This document shows positions 50,118 to 61,414 of a stretch of DNA of 64,000 nt, piece after piece. A model generated the notes under the pieces. That model was not told where the DNA came from. It saw only the letters and a program-made list of their open reading frames with translations, and searched no databases. Each line of letters starts with the position of its first letter. Within the stretch, counting starts at the first letter, position 1. The DNA comes from Bdellovibrionales bacterium (lineage in GTDB: Bacteria; Bdellovibrionota; Bdellovibrionia; Bdellovibrionales; JAUICD01). The position numbers and the translations under genes are program-made. Where the stretch lies: assembly GCA_965262715.1 (NCBI GenBank), contig OZ253553.1:2720001-2784000 (forward strand), written 5' to 3'.

Positions 50118-51071
50118 TTATTTATGTTTCTTAAGCTGTTCTAGCTCTTCTCTACTTAATTTTGTAGAATCAAGAATAACTTGGATATCAATTTTATTTT
50201 TCAGCATATTTAAAGCAATTTCTCTGCGTTCTTTCTCTATTCCTTCTTTAAGAACAAATTCTTCTCTACTTACCCTATCCCTTTCTTTTTTATCGATTGC
50301 TTCTAAATATTCTCTTAAAACCTCATTTTGAGAGAGGTTCCAAAGATGTTTCACTGCTTTTGCCATATCGCCTCCTTGATCTTTAAAAGTCTTGTACTCC
50401 ATAAGACCTACATTGTAGGAATTCTTCAAAAGATAACACCACGACTCCTTTGTATTATACAACTGTTTTATGCTTTTATCAAATTTCCGCAATTCTACAA
50501 TAACAAAACATAAACCATGCGACATTAGGACTTCCGGTGACTTTGTTCTGCGGATATTGCAAATATGATAATAGTCTTTAATATGCTCAAAAGCTTTTAA
50601 GTTTTCATTTATAAAAGCTAATGAGTACACAGGAAATAACTTGTCATAATTACTGCCTTTTTCAATCTGCCGTGAATAAAGCCTACAGGAATAAGCTAAA
50701 GTTCTATCTGTAAAATAAGGTTCTGATATGGTTTGCATCTCCACATTTACAAATTCCGTCTGATAACTGCCTGTTGGAGTTCTTCTTTCGAAACTTGCTC
50801 TTAAATCAAGGATAAAGTTTTTACCAGATTTTTCTCCTTCTTTTATAGAAAGAATATCTGGAGGGATTTCTGGATCAAGTATTTCTATATCTGTAATAAT
50901 GGAACCAGTGGGAAGTGGTAAAAAATTTGTTAAAAGAGATATTAAAAGCTCTTTGTTGAACTTAAAATAAGCTTTAAAAGCTGCGTCATTAGTGAGTTTT
51001 AGAAAATGAGTTTCTTTTAAAAATTCACTAATATGTGAAAACTGCTTTTTATCATGATGGCTGGATTTCAT
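50118..51071 (-). CDS. Rpn family PD-(D/E)XK_2 nuclease, intact divergent paralogue; internal start at 50366
   Basis: NDAAFK, LDL, NVEMQ, VELRKF; internal AAGGAGG-CGAT-ATG. Confidence 0.9.
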   Translation of the reverse strand: MKSSHHDKKQFSHISEFLKETHFLKLTNDAAFKAYFKFNKELLISLLTNFLPLPTGSIITDIEILDPEIPPDILSIKEGEKSGKNFILDLRASFERRTPTGSYQTEFVNVEMQTISEPYFTDRTLAYSCRLYSRQIEKGSNYDKLFPVYSLAFINENLKAFEHIKDYYHICNIRRTKSPEVLMSHGLCFVIVELRKFDKSIKQLYNTKESWCYLLKNSYNVGLMEYKTFKDQGGDMAKAVKHLWNLSQNEVLREYLEAIDKKERDRVSREEFVLKEGIEKERREIALNMLKNKIDIQVILDSTKLSREELEQLKKHK

Positions 51072-51114
51072 ATCACTTATACCCTTCTAAAATGAAAAAT
51101 CTAATAGGAATATA

Positions 51115-51215
51115 AGCAAAATACATGCCATGTTAAAACAGCGATAAAAGTGGGTTTGAGACTTGAAATGTAAAATATTGTCCGACAAATCGGACAGAAA
51201 ATCCGGATTTTAGAC
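51115..51215 (-). promoter_or_regulatory. Rpn leader: sigma54-type promoter plus upstream palindromes
   Basis: ATGGCATGTATTTTGCT; TGTCCGA-N4-TCGGACA at 51179-51196; AAAATCCGGATTTT. Confidence 0.65.
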
Positions 51216-51531
51216 ATTAAAACCAGATTAAAAGAAAATACTTCATTGAGACAAACTTAATACCTTATTCTTATCGATTACAAAATAAAAATAATTACGA
51301 GATAAGTCGAAAATCAGTTTTTTATTTGTATTGTAAATCCAAATTTTAGATGCAATTTACAAAACCTTGTTTCTAATTAAAGTATTGTTATGGGACAAGT
51401 TGGTGATTATAAAGTTAATTTTAGAACTTCTTAACATTTACCGATAAAATGAAATCTATATCAGTGTAAAGAAGCACAATAAATCTTATCTTTTGTAAAA
51501 ATGTCAATCCAACTGAAATAAGAGCACTCTA

Positions 51532-54500
51532 ATGACAGAAAGAGACTTAGAACAACAATGTATTGACTGGTTCAAAGAAATTGGATGGAACTACCATCGT
51601 GGATATGACATCGCTCCTGATACAGACAATCCCAAACGTACAGATTATAGGCAAGTTGCATTAGAGGAATATTTATCTGAGTCCTTAGAAAGAATCAATC
51701 CTGATATTCCAAAAGAAAACATTAATGAGATCATTATAAAATTGACTCGACTTGATGCGTCCTCTGTTGAGTTCAATAATCGACAATTTCATAGATATAT
51801 TAATAATGGTATCCCTATTGAAATAAGAACAGATGAAGGTATGAAAAATGATATCGTTAGAATTATCGACTTTGAAAATCTACATAATAACCATTTTCTT
51901 GTAGTCAATCAGTTTACTGTTCAAGGAAACAATGGAAATCGAAGACCTGATATAGTTGTTTTTATCAATGGACTGCCTATCGTTGTTATTGAATTAAAAG
52001 ACCCTTTTGATGAAAATGAAGACATCTGGGAAGCCTATAAACAAATGGAAACTTATAAAGAAGAACTAACTGATCTCTTCGCCTACAATTTAGCCTGTGT
52101 GATCTCGGATGGATCAAATGCTAGAATAGGTTCCATTACAGCAGGAAAAGAAAGATACGGATTTTGGAGAACATTAAAAACAGAAAAAGATTGTCCAAAT
52201 TTTGAGTTTGAAATTGAAACTGTGATTAAAGGTTTTTTTGATAAAGAACTTCTTCTTGATTATCTTCGTTACTTTGTTGTTTTTGAAGAAAATGCAGGAA
52301 ACATTACAAAAAAAATTGCAAACTACCATCAATTTCATGCTGTACGTCAAGCCATTAATAGTACAATTGCTGCTACTTGTGATGTCAAAGATGGTAAATG
52401 TGGGGTGGTTTGGCATACTCAAGGTAGTGGAAAATCTATTTCTATGTGCTGCTATGCTGCTAAGCTCATGTCTCATGAAAGAATGAATAATCCCACTTTA
52501 GTTGTTGTCACAGATCGAAATGATCTTGATGGTCAACTCTATGAAACTTTTTGTAATGCCAGTGAACTTTTAAAAGAACATCCTCAACAGGCTGAGAATC
52601 GAAACAAGTTAAGACAACTTCTTAATCGACCATCAGGAGGGATTATTTTTACTACCATTCAAAAGTTTTCTCTTTTAAATGGTGAACATAAATTTCCAAA
52701 ACTGACTGATCGAAGTAATGTTGTTGTTATTTCTGATGAAGCTCACAGAAGCCAATATGGATTAAAAGCGAAGATTCGAGAAATCGATGGTAGAATAGTC
52801 TATGGTTATGCAAAACATTTGAGAGATGCCTTGCCAAATGCTGGGTTTATTGGTTTTACAGGAACACCCATATCAAAACAAGATAGAGATACTGTAGCTG
52901 TCTTTGGTGATTATGTTTCTATCTATGATATTAAACAAGCAGTTAAAGATTGTGCCACAGTTCCAATTTACTATGAGTCCAGGCTAGCTCAACTTCAGCT
53001 AGTTCAAGAAGCAAATGAGATTGATGCTGAAGTGGATGAAATTATGGAACAGTCCAATAATGGCTCAGACACCTATATCAATAAACAAAAAAGAAAATGG
53101 GCTGCGCTGGAAAAGTTAGTGACTACTGAGTCACGAATGAAACAAATTGCTGAAAATATTATTGAACACTGGGAAAAAAGACTAAATATTATGGATGGGA
53201 AAGCTATGATTGTTTGCATCTCAAGACAAGCTTGTGTGCAGATGTATAATGAGATTATTCATCTTAAACCTGAATGGGTTGGAACAACTGATAAAGTTGG
53301 TCGACCTCACCTGCAAAATGGTGTGATCAGAGTTGTGATGACAGGAAGTGCTAGCGATGAAAAGTTTCTTCGCACTCATGTCTATGACAAAAAGGGACGT
53401 AAAAGCTTGGAAAACCGCTTTAAAGATCCAAGTGACTCTTTGAAGATTGTTATTGTAAGAGATATGTGGCTGACAGGTTTTGATGCTCCTATTTTACATA
53501 CTATGTACATTGATAAACCCATGAGAGGAGCTAACCTCATGCAAGCCATTGCTCGTGTCAATAGAGTTTTTGAAGAGAAGCCAGGTGGTCTTATAGTTGA
53601 TTATCTTGGTATTGCTAATGATCTTAAAGATGCTCTTAAAACCTATATCCAAGCTGGAGGGAAATCAAAACCAACAATTGATATCTATGAGGTATTAGGA
53701 GTTCTTCAAGGTAAAATAGATTATGTAAGGGATATGCTCAAAAACATTAACTACTTGGAATATAAAGATCCTAAGAAAATTTTCTCTATCATTACTGATG
53801 CCTGTGATTATCTTTTGGAAACAGAAGATAGAAAGAAAACATTTTGTGATACTGTCTTAGCTATGACAAAAGCCAATGCTTTATGCGGCGTTGTTCCTGA
53901 AGCTGTAGAGCTTCAGGATGAAATAGCTTTTTTTCAAGCTGTTAGAGTAGCTCTTACTAAAAAAGATCGTCTTCAAGAAAGTATTTCTGATGAGCAAGTA
54001 CAAAATGCTCTTAGACAAGTGGTTTCCAATGCTATTGTCTCAGATAAGATTATTGATATTTTTGAAGCAGCAGGACTTCATAAACCAGATATTTCAATTT
54101 TATCTGAAGAATTTCTAGAAGAAATTAAAAATATAAAACAAAAAAATTTAGCAGTAGAAATGCTTTCTCGTCTCCTCAAAGAAGAATTTAAATCAAAGAT
54201 AGCAACGAATATTATCCAACAAAAAAAATACTCTCAATTGCTCACTGATGCATTGAACAAGTATAGAAATCGTACTATTGAGACATCTCAAGTCATTGAG
54301 GAGCTAATACAAATGGCTAAAGATTTTAGAACAGAAAAAGATAGAGGACAAAGTCTTGGGTTGAACAATGATGAATTAGCCTTTTACGATGCTCTTTCTG
54401 ATAACGATTCTGCAAAAGAAGTCTTAGGAGATGAAATTCTTAAAAAAATGGCGAATGAACTTACAGAGCAATTGAGAAAAAGTGTAACAATCGATTGGGC

Positions 54501-54645
54501 TAAAAGAGAAAGTGTGCGTGCTAATATTCGGCTCAAGATTAGAAGATTATTAAAAAAATATAAGTATCCACCTGACAAAGAAGATGCTGCTGTAAAGTTA
54601 GTGCTTGAGCAAGCAGAAACTTTATCACAAAGCTGGATTCATTAA
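51532..54645 (+). CDS. hsdR: Type I R-M restriction subunit
   Basis: RPDIVVFING..IELK, HTQGSGKS, DEAHRSQY, FTGTP, QAIARVNR. Confidence 0.95.
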   Translation: MTERDLEQQCIDWFKEIGWNYHRGYDIAPDTDNPKRTDYRQVALEEYLSESLERINPDIPKENINEIIIKLTRLDASSVEFNNRQFHRYINNGIPIEIRTDEGMKNDIVRIIDFENLHNNHFLVVNQFTVQGNNGNRRPDIVVFINGLPIVVIELKDPFDENEDIWEAYKQMETYKEELTDLFAYNLACVISDGSNARIGSITAGKERYGFWRTLKTEKDCPNFEFEIETVIKGFFDKELLLDYLRYFVVFEENAGNITKKIANYHQFHAVRQAINSTIAATCDVKDGKCGVVWHTQGSGKSISMCCYAAKLMSHERMNNPTLVVVTDRNDLDGQLYETFCNASELLKEHPQQAENRNKLRQLLNRPSGGIIFTTIQKFSLLNGEHKFPKLTDRSNVVVISDEAHRSQYGLKAKIREIDGRIVYGYAKHLRDALPNAGFIGFTGTPISKQDRDTVAVFGDYVSIYDIKQAVKDCATVPIYYESRLAQLQLVQEANEIDAEVDEIMEQSNNGSDTYINKQKRKWAALEKLVTTESRMKQIAENIIEHWEKRLNIMDGKAMIVCISRQACVQMYNEIIHLKPEWVGTTDKVGRPHLQNGVIRVVMTGSASDEKFLRTHVYDKKGRKSLENRFKDPSDSLKIVIVRDMWLTGFDAPILHTMYIDKPMRGANLMQAIARVNRVFEEKPGGLIVDYLGIANDLKDALKTYIQAGGKSKPTIDIYEVLGVLQGKIDYVRDMLKNINYLEYKDPKKIFSIITDACDYLLETEDRKKTFCDTVLAMTKANALCGVVPEAVELQDEIAFFQAVRVALTKKDRLQESISDEQVQNALRQVVSNAIVSDKIIDIFEAAGLHKPDISILSEEFLEEIKNIKQKNLAVEMLSRLLKEEFKSKIATNIIQQKKYSQLLTDALNKYRNRTIETSQVIEELIQMAKDFRTEKDRGQSLGLNNDELAFYDALSDNDSAKEVLGDEILKKMANELTEQLRKSVTIDWAKRESVRANIRLKIRRLLKKYKYPPDKEDAAVKLVLEQAETLSQSWIH

Positions 54646-54703
54646 TGAAAATAGGGTTGTATAAATGTATGTATTGTACAAGTCATATAATGATACGAGT
54701 ACG

Positions 54704-55756
54704 TTATTGGCACTTGCTTTGAATTTGCAAGACTTCTTTTTCTGAAAGCCCTGTTGCTTTACTTATGGCTTGTATATCCATATCAGTTGTCTTTAGAAGA
54801 TTTATAGCAACTTTCTGCAATCCTTTCTGCAAACCTTTCTGCAAACCTTTCTGTAAACCTTCCTGCAATCCTTCCTGCAACCCTTCCTGTAGACCTTCTT
54901 GCCTTATGCGATCTCTCATCATTTGTAATGGTGGCATTGTTCTCTTCTCCTTTGATACATTCTTTTCTTCTATCTCTTGTAAAGTATTCCAAGTAAAGTT
55001 TGGATCACAAAGTCTCACACAATCAACTGCCCTGTCCATTAAAAAAATACGGTCTTCTTTACTGGAAAGCTTATTGGACAACTTAAACAAATCTGAAATG
55101 ACCTGCTCATCTAAGTTCCATACACTCTTTAGTATAAACAAAATCGTCCCAGATAGCAAGTCCTTTGAGCTTAATTCTGCCATTCCTAAATCATTTAAGT
55201 TTAATAATCTATACTTATAATTTAAAACATTCTCGCCGAAAGCCTTTTTAAGCTCTAAAGACTTAAAATTCAAGTAATCATGGAAACTCAAAGGCAAATT
55301 CCATCCTCTTTTACCAGAGTAAACCAACACAGGGATCACTATGGATGGAGCTTTACGTTTTCCACTCTTAACATCTTTACTGTCTTTCTCATAAATACTT
55401 GCTTGATACTTAAGAAGCTGTAAAAAAATATCCGAGTCATTATAGGATTTATGCTCAAAAAGAAAAATAATTTCTACAATCTCATCTGAATCTTTCATCT
55501 TCACTGAAAAAATCACATCAGCTCTCTGCTCCCTAAACACCTGATCTACAAAAACAGTCACTTTTGACTGTAGAGTCTTCCAATCAAAAAGATCAAATTC
55601 TTCAGGAGTTAAAACCAAACGAAACAAGTCTAAAACATACCGCTCCTTGCTATAAATTTCATAAAACAAATGATTGAAAATATGAAAAACTTCACGTTTT
55701 AACTCCTGTTTGTTTTTTGGAAGCTTTACCTTTTTATACTTAGATCTGACCATCAC
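54704..55756 (-). CDS. Rpn/YhgA-like nuclease, intact; internal start at 54937
   Basis: Same motifs as 32231-33343; 7 GLQ(K/E) repeats. Confidence 0.9.
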   Translation of the reverse strand: MMVRSKYKKVKLPKNKQELKREVFHIFNHLFYEIYSKERYVLDLFRLVLTPEEFDLFDWKTLQSKVTVFVDQVFREQRADVIFSVKMKDSDEIVEIIFLFEHKSYNDSDIFLQLLKYQASIYEKDSKDVKSGKRKAPSIVIPVLVYSGKRGWNLPLSFHDYLNFKSLELKKAFGENVLNYKYRLLNLNDLGMAELSSKDLLSGTILFILKSVWNLDEQVISDLFKLSNKLSSKEDRIFLMDRAVDCVRLCDPNFTWNTLQEIEEKNVSKEKRTMPPLQMMRDRIRQEGLQEGLQEGLQEGLQKGLQKGLQKGLQKVAINLLKTTDMDIQAISKATGLSEKEVLQIQSKCQ

Positions 55757-56026
55757 AAAACCTCTTAACTAGCTATGAACCTTATTAAACATAAAAACCT
55801 TAATCAAATGAAAACTCCTGCTTGCATCATAATTTAATTTCAAAAATATAAAAAAATACTCATCAAAACCTCTCTAGATAAATCCTTCTGCAACAAGACC
55901 TCTGAAAAGTACAGTTCTTCGAGTCCATATTTCATTAGAAATAAAATGGTAAGGTATTAGTTTTTTAAGATTTTGTTTTGCTTTTTCTAAAAAACCAGTA
56001 TTCTCTCTAAAACTCTCATATAAAAT

Positions 56027-56566
56027 CTATCGTTTAGATTTTTCTTGAAGCTTACAAATTTCTTCCTTTGAAAAACCAGTAACTTTAGATATTTTTTCTG
56101 CACTCATACCAGTGTTTAGAAGCTTTAATATAACTTCTGCTATCCCTTCCTCTATTCCTTCCTTAAGCCCTTGTACAATCCCCTCTAGTTGTCCTTCTCT
56201 GCGGGCTAGGTTTTCTGCACTAATCCCATTTCTTTCTTTTATATTGATTGCTTCTAAGTATTCTCTTAAAACTTCATCTTGAGATAATTTCCAAAGCTTC
56301 ATCCTTGTTTTTGCTGTATTTTTTCCTTTCATAGCTTCTCTAAGGTCTTCTAATTTTTTAAGTCTTTGAGATTGTTGGATTGAAAGTTTTGTTATCTGAG
56401 CAATAAGCTGCAATTCCATATTTTGCTCTAACATCCGTAAAGCTATTTCTGCCCTCTCTTTCTCTATCCCTTTCTCCATACCTTCCTCTATAATTTCCTC
56501 TATAACTTTCTCTATAACTCTCTCCATAACCTTCTCCATGCCTTTCTCTATACCTTCATCAATCAA
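56027..56566 (-). CDS. RpnS-like modules (partial plus full)
   Basis: EGIEKG..IALRMLEQNM..LSIQQ, then LWKLSQDEVLREY..GMSAEKISKVTG; start codon uncertain. Confidence 0.6.
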   Translation of the reverse strand: MIDEGIEKGMEKVMERVIEKVIEEIIEEGMEKGIEKERAEIALRMLEQNMELQLIAQITKLSIQQSQRLKKLEDLREAMKGKNTAKTRMKLWKLSQDEVLREYLEAINIKERNGISAENLARREGQLEGIVQGLKEGIEEGIAEVILKLLNTGMSAEKISKVTGFSKEEICKLQEKSKR

Positions 56567-56569
56567 TCA

Positions 56570-57147
56570 TAAGTGCTTTTTATTTTTTGACCTTCCTTAC
56601 TTTTAATAACTTCACTTTCAATCTTTACAAATTCCTTCTTTAAGAGCATTTAAATTTTTTGAGTGCGATATCAAGATCATGAAATTATTTTTTAAGTTTT
56701 TCAAGTTGCTGAATGGAAAGTTTTGTTATCTGGGCAATAAGTTGTAATTCCATATTTTGCTCTAACATTCGCAAAGCCACTTCTACCCTCTCTTTCTCTA
56801 TCCCTTTCTCCATACCTTCATCAATCAATTGATCATAAGTGCTCTTCATTATTTGATTCTCCTTACTTTTAATAATCTCATCTTCTATTTTTATAAAACC
56901 CTCTCTCGAGTAATCTGTAGCCTGAAGTATATATCTTCCTAAAATATCAGCACTTTCTTGATAATTTGGATCCTTACCATTTTGTCGTAAACAGATAAGT
57001 TTTTTTCTTCATCTTCTTTTTGAGAAAAGTCCCAAAAGTTCTCTGTGCTAATTCTATCTCTTTCTCTTTTATCGAATGCATCTATATATTCTTGTAAAAC
57101 CTCATCTTGAGATAAGTTCAAGAGATGTTTCACTGCTTTTGCTATAC
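56570..57147 (-). pseudogene. Decayed RpnS-like modules
   Basis: AKAVKHLLNLSQDEVLQEY with ATA in place of ATG; a second VALRMLEQNMELQLIAQ copy at ~56690-56830. Confidence 0.7.
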
Positions 57148-57156
57148 TTCTTCCTT

Positions 57157-58050
57157 TTATATTTCCTTAAGCTTTTCTAACTCTTCTCTACTCAGCTTTG
57201 TAGAATCAAGAATAACTTGAATATCAACTCCACTTTTTAGCATATTTAAAGCAATTTCTCTGCATTCTTTCTCAATCCCTTTCTCTATCTCCTTCTCTAT
57301 CCCTTCTTGTTGTCCTTCTCTTCGAGCTAAGTTTTCTGCACTAATTCTATCTCTCTCTTGTTTATCGATTGCTTCTAAATATTCTATTAAAACTTCATCT
57401 TGAGATAAGTTCCAAAACTTCTTTCCTGTTCTTGCTATATTTCTTCCTTTCATAGCTTCTCTAAGGTCTTCTAATCTTTTAAGTCCTTCTAATGCGTCCT
57501 TAGTAAATTTTGTAACATCAAGAATAATCTGAGTATCGACTCCATTTTTTAGCATATTTAAAGCAACATTCTCACGTTCTTTATGTAGTCCTTTTATAAC
57601 TCCTTCTTCAAATCCTTCTGTGTGAATGAGTTTTTCTCTATTGACTCTATTCTTCTTTTTCTTTTCAAGGATATGTAGGTATTCACTTTCAATCTCTTTT
57701 TGAGAAATATCCCGGTAGTTCTCTACTTCCCTTGTTATGTCAATATCTTGACTCTTAAAATTCTTATACAAAATCTGCTGTTTAGCTTTTTCCTTAAATT
57801 CATAAATTTTTTCTTTTGAAAAACCAGTGACTTCAGATATCCTTTCTATTTCTACACCAGAATCTAGAAACTTTAATATGGCTTCCTCTACTCCTTCCTG
57901 TTGTCCTTTCTTAAATCCATCCTCGACACCTACTTTATAAACATGTTCTTCGCTACTAACTCTATCTCTTTCCATCTTGTCATAGGCATACAAGTATTCC
58001 TCTTCACCTTCTTTTTGGGAAAAATTCCAAAGTTTCTCTGTTTCTGCCAT
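57157..58050 (-). CDS. Three fused RpnS-like modules
   Basis: Identical to 24620-25510 for ~200 aa, with a different third module. Confidence 0.8.
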   Translation of the reverse strand: MAETEKLWNFSQKEGEEEYLYAYDKMERDRVSSEEHVYKVGVEDGFKKGQQEGVEEAILKFLDSGVEIERISEVTGFSKEKIYEFKEKAKQQILYKNFKSQDIDITREVENYRDISQKEIESEYLHILEKKKKNRVNREKLIHTEGFEEGVIKGLHKERENVALNMLKNGVDTQIILDVTKFTKDALEGLKRLEDLREAMKGRNIARTGKKFWNLSQDEVLIEYLEAIDKQERDRISAENLARREGQQEGIEKEIEKGIEKECREIALNMLKSGVDIQVILDSTKLSREELEKLKEI

Positions 58051-58343
58051 ATCGTCTCCTCAACCCTTAAAGTCCTCATATAAAGTTTATTACTTAGACT
58101 TATCTTGAAATTTACAAATTTCTTCCTTTGAAAAACCAGTAACTTTAGACACTTCTTCTCCACTCATTACAACGCCTTAAAAGTTTCAATATAACTTCCT
58201 TTATTCTTTCTTGTTGTCTTTCTTTTTTACCTTTCTTAATTCCTTTTTCTATCCATTCTTATCATCTTTCCAGATGTTCTTCTCTGTGAGCTAGATTGTC
58301 TGCACTAACCCTCTCTCTTTTAGAGATCCTATCTCTTTTGGAT

Positions 58344-58946
58344 TTATAGATATTTTTTAAGATGTTCTAATTTTTTAAGTCTTTCTAACTCGTCCTTAGT
58401 AAATTTTGTAACATCAAGAATAACCGGGGTATCAACTCCAATCTTTACCATATTTAAAGTAATGTTCTCACGTTCTTTTTGTAGTCCTTTTATAAATCCT
58501 TCTTCAAATCCTTCTTTGCGAATGAGTTTCTCTCTATTGGCCCTATTCTTCTTTTTCCTTTCGAGAACATACAAGTGTTCACCTTCATCCTCTTCTTGAG
58601 AAACATCCCAATAGTTCTCTACTTCCTTTGTTATATCAATGTTTTGATTCTTAAAATTCTTATACAAAATCTGTTGTTTAGTTTTTTCATGAAACTTATG
58701 AATTTTTTCTTTTGTAAAACCAGTAATTTCAGATACTTTTTCTATCTCCTCATCAGCATCTAAAAATTTTAATATAACTCCCTCCATTCCTTCTTGTCGT
58801 CCTTGCTCAAATCCATCCTCAACACCTTCTTTATAAACAAATTCTTCTCTAGTTATTCTATCTCTTTCCATCTTGTCGTAGACAGATAAGTTTTTTTCTT
58901 CACCTTCTTTTTGAGAAAAGTCCCAAAAGTTTTCTGCCTTTGCCAT
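58344..58946 (-). CDS. Two fused RpnS-like modules
   Basis: Identical protein to 25804-26406. Confidence 0.8.
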   Translation of the reverse strand: MAKAENFWDFSQKEGEEKNLSVYDKMERDRITREEFVYKEGVEDGFEQGRQEGMEGVILKFLDADEEIEKVSEITGFTKEKIHKFHEKTKQQILYKNFKNQNIDITKEVENYWDVSQEEDEGEHLYVLERKKKNRANREKLIRKEGFEEGFIKGLQKERENITLNMVKIGVDTPVILDVTKFTKDELERLKKLEHLKKYL

Positions 58947-59944
58947 ATCGTCTCCTCAATCCTTAAGGTTCTTATATAAATTCTATTATTTAGATCTTTC
59001 TTGAAACTTACAAATTTCTTCCCTTGAAAAACCGGTAACTTTAGACACTTCCTCTGCACTCATACCAGTATTTAGAAACTTTAATATAACTTCCGCTATC
59101 CCTTCCTGCCGTCCTTTTTCTATCCCTTTTTCTATTCCCTCCTGTTGTCCTTCTCTGCGGGCTAGGTTTTCTGCGCTAATTCTATCTCTTTCTCTTTTAT
59201 CAAACGCATCTATATATTCTTGTAAAGCCTCATCTTGGGATAAGTTCAAGAGATGTTTTACTGCTTTTGCCATATCTTCTCCTTTATTTTCCAAACTCTT
59301 ATATTCAGTATCATTCATTTTATATGAATTCTTTAATAAATAACACCATGACTCTCTTATATCATACAATTGCTTTACATTTTTATCAAATTTCCCTAAC
59401 TCTGCTTTTTTCACTAAAAATGAACCAGCCGTCGAGGTGAGCCTCTGGCTGTTTTTGGGCAATGACCCCGACGGCTAATGCCCTCGGCAAATAGGTCATT
59501 GCCTCAAAAACCTGTTCATTTTTAGTAAGAAGATACTCTTCATTTTTTAATAAGATGCTAAGGGAATATTAAAGCCTACATGCATATACCAATGCTCTAT
59601 CTGTAAAATAAGGTTTTGATACTGTTTGCATCTCTACATTTACAATCTCTGTTTTCTGGGTACCTGATTGTGTGTTCCTTTTTAAATGCATTCTCAAGTC
59701 GAGAACAAATCTTCTACCAGATTCTTCACCTTTTATAACAGAAGGAGTATCAGGATGAAGATCAGGATCTAAAACGTCTACTTTTATAACTTCTGAATGT
59801 TTTGGAAGTGGCAAAAAATGTGTGAGTAGTGATTTTAAAGCTTCTTCATTGCCTTTAAAATAGGTTTTAAAAGCTGCGTCATTTGTTAATTTTAAAAAAT
59901 GAGACTTTTTTAAAAATTCTTCAATATCTAATAACTGATGTTTA

Positions 59945-61351
59945 GAGGTTGTCCCATAGATCGGTGAAATTTTCTTATAGAAATTAGAAGAAAGTAGAGC
60001 TCCCGGCTATCCTAAGTGGTCTAGCCGTTGTTTACTGTTTTTATTTTATCAGGAAATAGATAACAGAAAGGAGCTATTATGAAGAGTAGTAAGAATGGTT
60101 ATTCAATTCAAGTTTTATCATCTGAGTCAAATGAGATTCGAGAGATCCTAGAGCATCGCATGAGATCAATGGTTATTAATATGATCCATGATTTCTTTGA
60201 GGATGAGTTATTATCACTGTGTGGTAAGCGTCATGTTCGTGGTCGTGATACAAGATATTACAGAGCGGGTAGTGATTCTGGGAGTGTTCTTGCACAAGGT
60301 CAAAGGCTTCAGGTGAGGAAGCCTAGGGTGAAGGAGAAGGGAGGTTCTGATATTAAGCTGCGGTCTTATTCAGTGCTTCAAAAGTATGACATACTTTGTG
60401 ATAAAGTTTTGAGTCATGCTATGAGAGGGGTATCTTGTCGTAATTACAATGAACTTCTTGATGATATTGTAGGAGGGACGGGTCTTTCTAAGAGTACAGT
60501 GAGCAGAGTCTTTAATAAGTCATCTAGGAAGTTTCTTGAATCTTTAAATGGTCGTGATCTGAGTAAGGATAAGTTTTCATCAATTATGATTGATGGTGTT
60601 GTTTTTGGATCAAGGACAGTGGTTGTAGCTCTTGGCATCACAGTTGAAGGTAAGAAGTTAGTTCTGGGTCTTAGAGAGGGTCATACAGAGAACTGGGAAG
60701 TTTGCAAGGACTTATTAGAGAGTTTAATAGCAAGAGGTCTTTGTTCAGATAAGCCTTACCTTTTTGTAATTGATGGTAGCAGATCTTTAAGGACAGCTAT
60801 TAATAGAGTTTTTGGTAAGAGAGCAGTAGTTCAACGCTGTATTCACCACAAGGAGAGGAACGTTTTAAGTTATTTACCTCAGGAACGTCATTTAGAGTTT
60901 AAGCGTCGCTGGAAGATGGTGCATGGTTTTAATGATTATGATTCTGCTCAGAGAGAATACAATAAGTTACTGAGTTGGTTAAGCAGGATTAATTATGCAG
61001 CATTGGCTTCACTTAAGGAAGCAAAGGAGGAGACACTGACAGTTATCAAGTTGAAGGTATCTCCACTGCTAAGGAGAACCTTATCTTCTACAAATCCTAT
61101 TGAGTCTGCCTTTTCTATTGTAAGTGATAAAGTCAGCAGGGTTAAGAACTGGAGAAGTTCTCCAGATCAGGTTATGAGATGGGCTGCTGCTTCTTTAGTT
61201 GAAGCTGAAAAAAAGTTTAGAGCTATTAAAGGGTATAAAGATTTAAATACAATGGAAGAAAATTTAAACCTATTGACTAACAATAGAAACAGGCGTAGCA
61301 AAACATCAAGCTCTGCTTAACTTCAATTTCACCGAAACGTGGGACATCCTC
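59945..61351 (+). mobile_element. IS256-family insertion sequence, 1407 bp, 8-bp TSD GATGTTTA
   Basis: TIRs GAGGTTGTCCCATAGATCGGTGAAATT / GAGGATGTCCCACGTTTCGGTGAAATT; TSD at 59937-59944 and 61352-61359. Confidence 0.95.
60079..61320 (+). CDS. IS256 (Mutator-type) transposase
   Basis: IMIDG, VIDG, QRCIHHK and STNPIES motifs. Confidence 0.95.
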   Translation: MKSSKNGYSIQVLSSESNEIREILEHRMRSMVINMIHDFFEDELLSLCGKRHVRGRDTRYYRAGSDSGSVLAQGQRLQVRKPRVKEKGGSDIKLRSYSVLQKYDILCDKVLSHAMRGVSCRNYNELLDDIVGGTGLSKSTVSRVFNKSSRKFLESLNGRDLSKDKFSSIMIDGVVFGSRTVVVALGITVEGKKLVLGLREGHTENWEVCKDLLESLIARGLCSDKPYLFVIDGSRSLRTAINRVFGKRAVVQRCIHHKERNVLSYLPQERHLEFKRRWKMVHGFNDYDSAQREYNKLLSWLSRINYAALASLKEAKEETLTVIKLKVSPLLRRTLSSTNPIESAFSIVSDKVSRVKNWRSSPDQVMRWAAASLVEAEKKFRAIKGYKDLNTMEENLNLLTNNRNRRSKTSSSA

Positions 61352-61414
61352 GATGTTTATTACTTGAACCCATAATTTACGCCCTCCTAAAATGAAAAAT
61401 CTAATAGGAATACA

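Larger units (their letters stand above)
58986..61373 (-). pseudogene. Rpn (PD-(D/E)XK_2) broken by both the structured repeat (59404-59569) and IS256; internal ORF 58986-59273 is intact
   Basis: Matches 26446-27432 once IS256 is removed. Confidence 0.9.
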
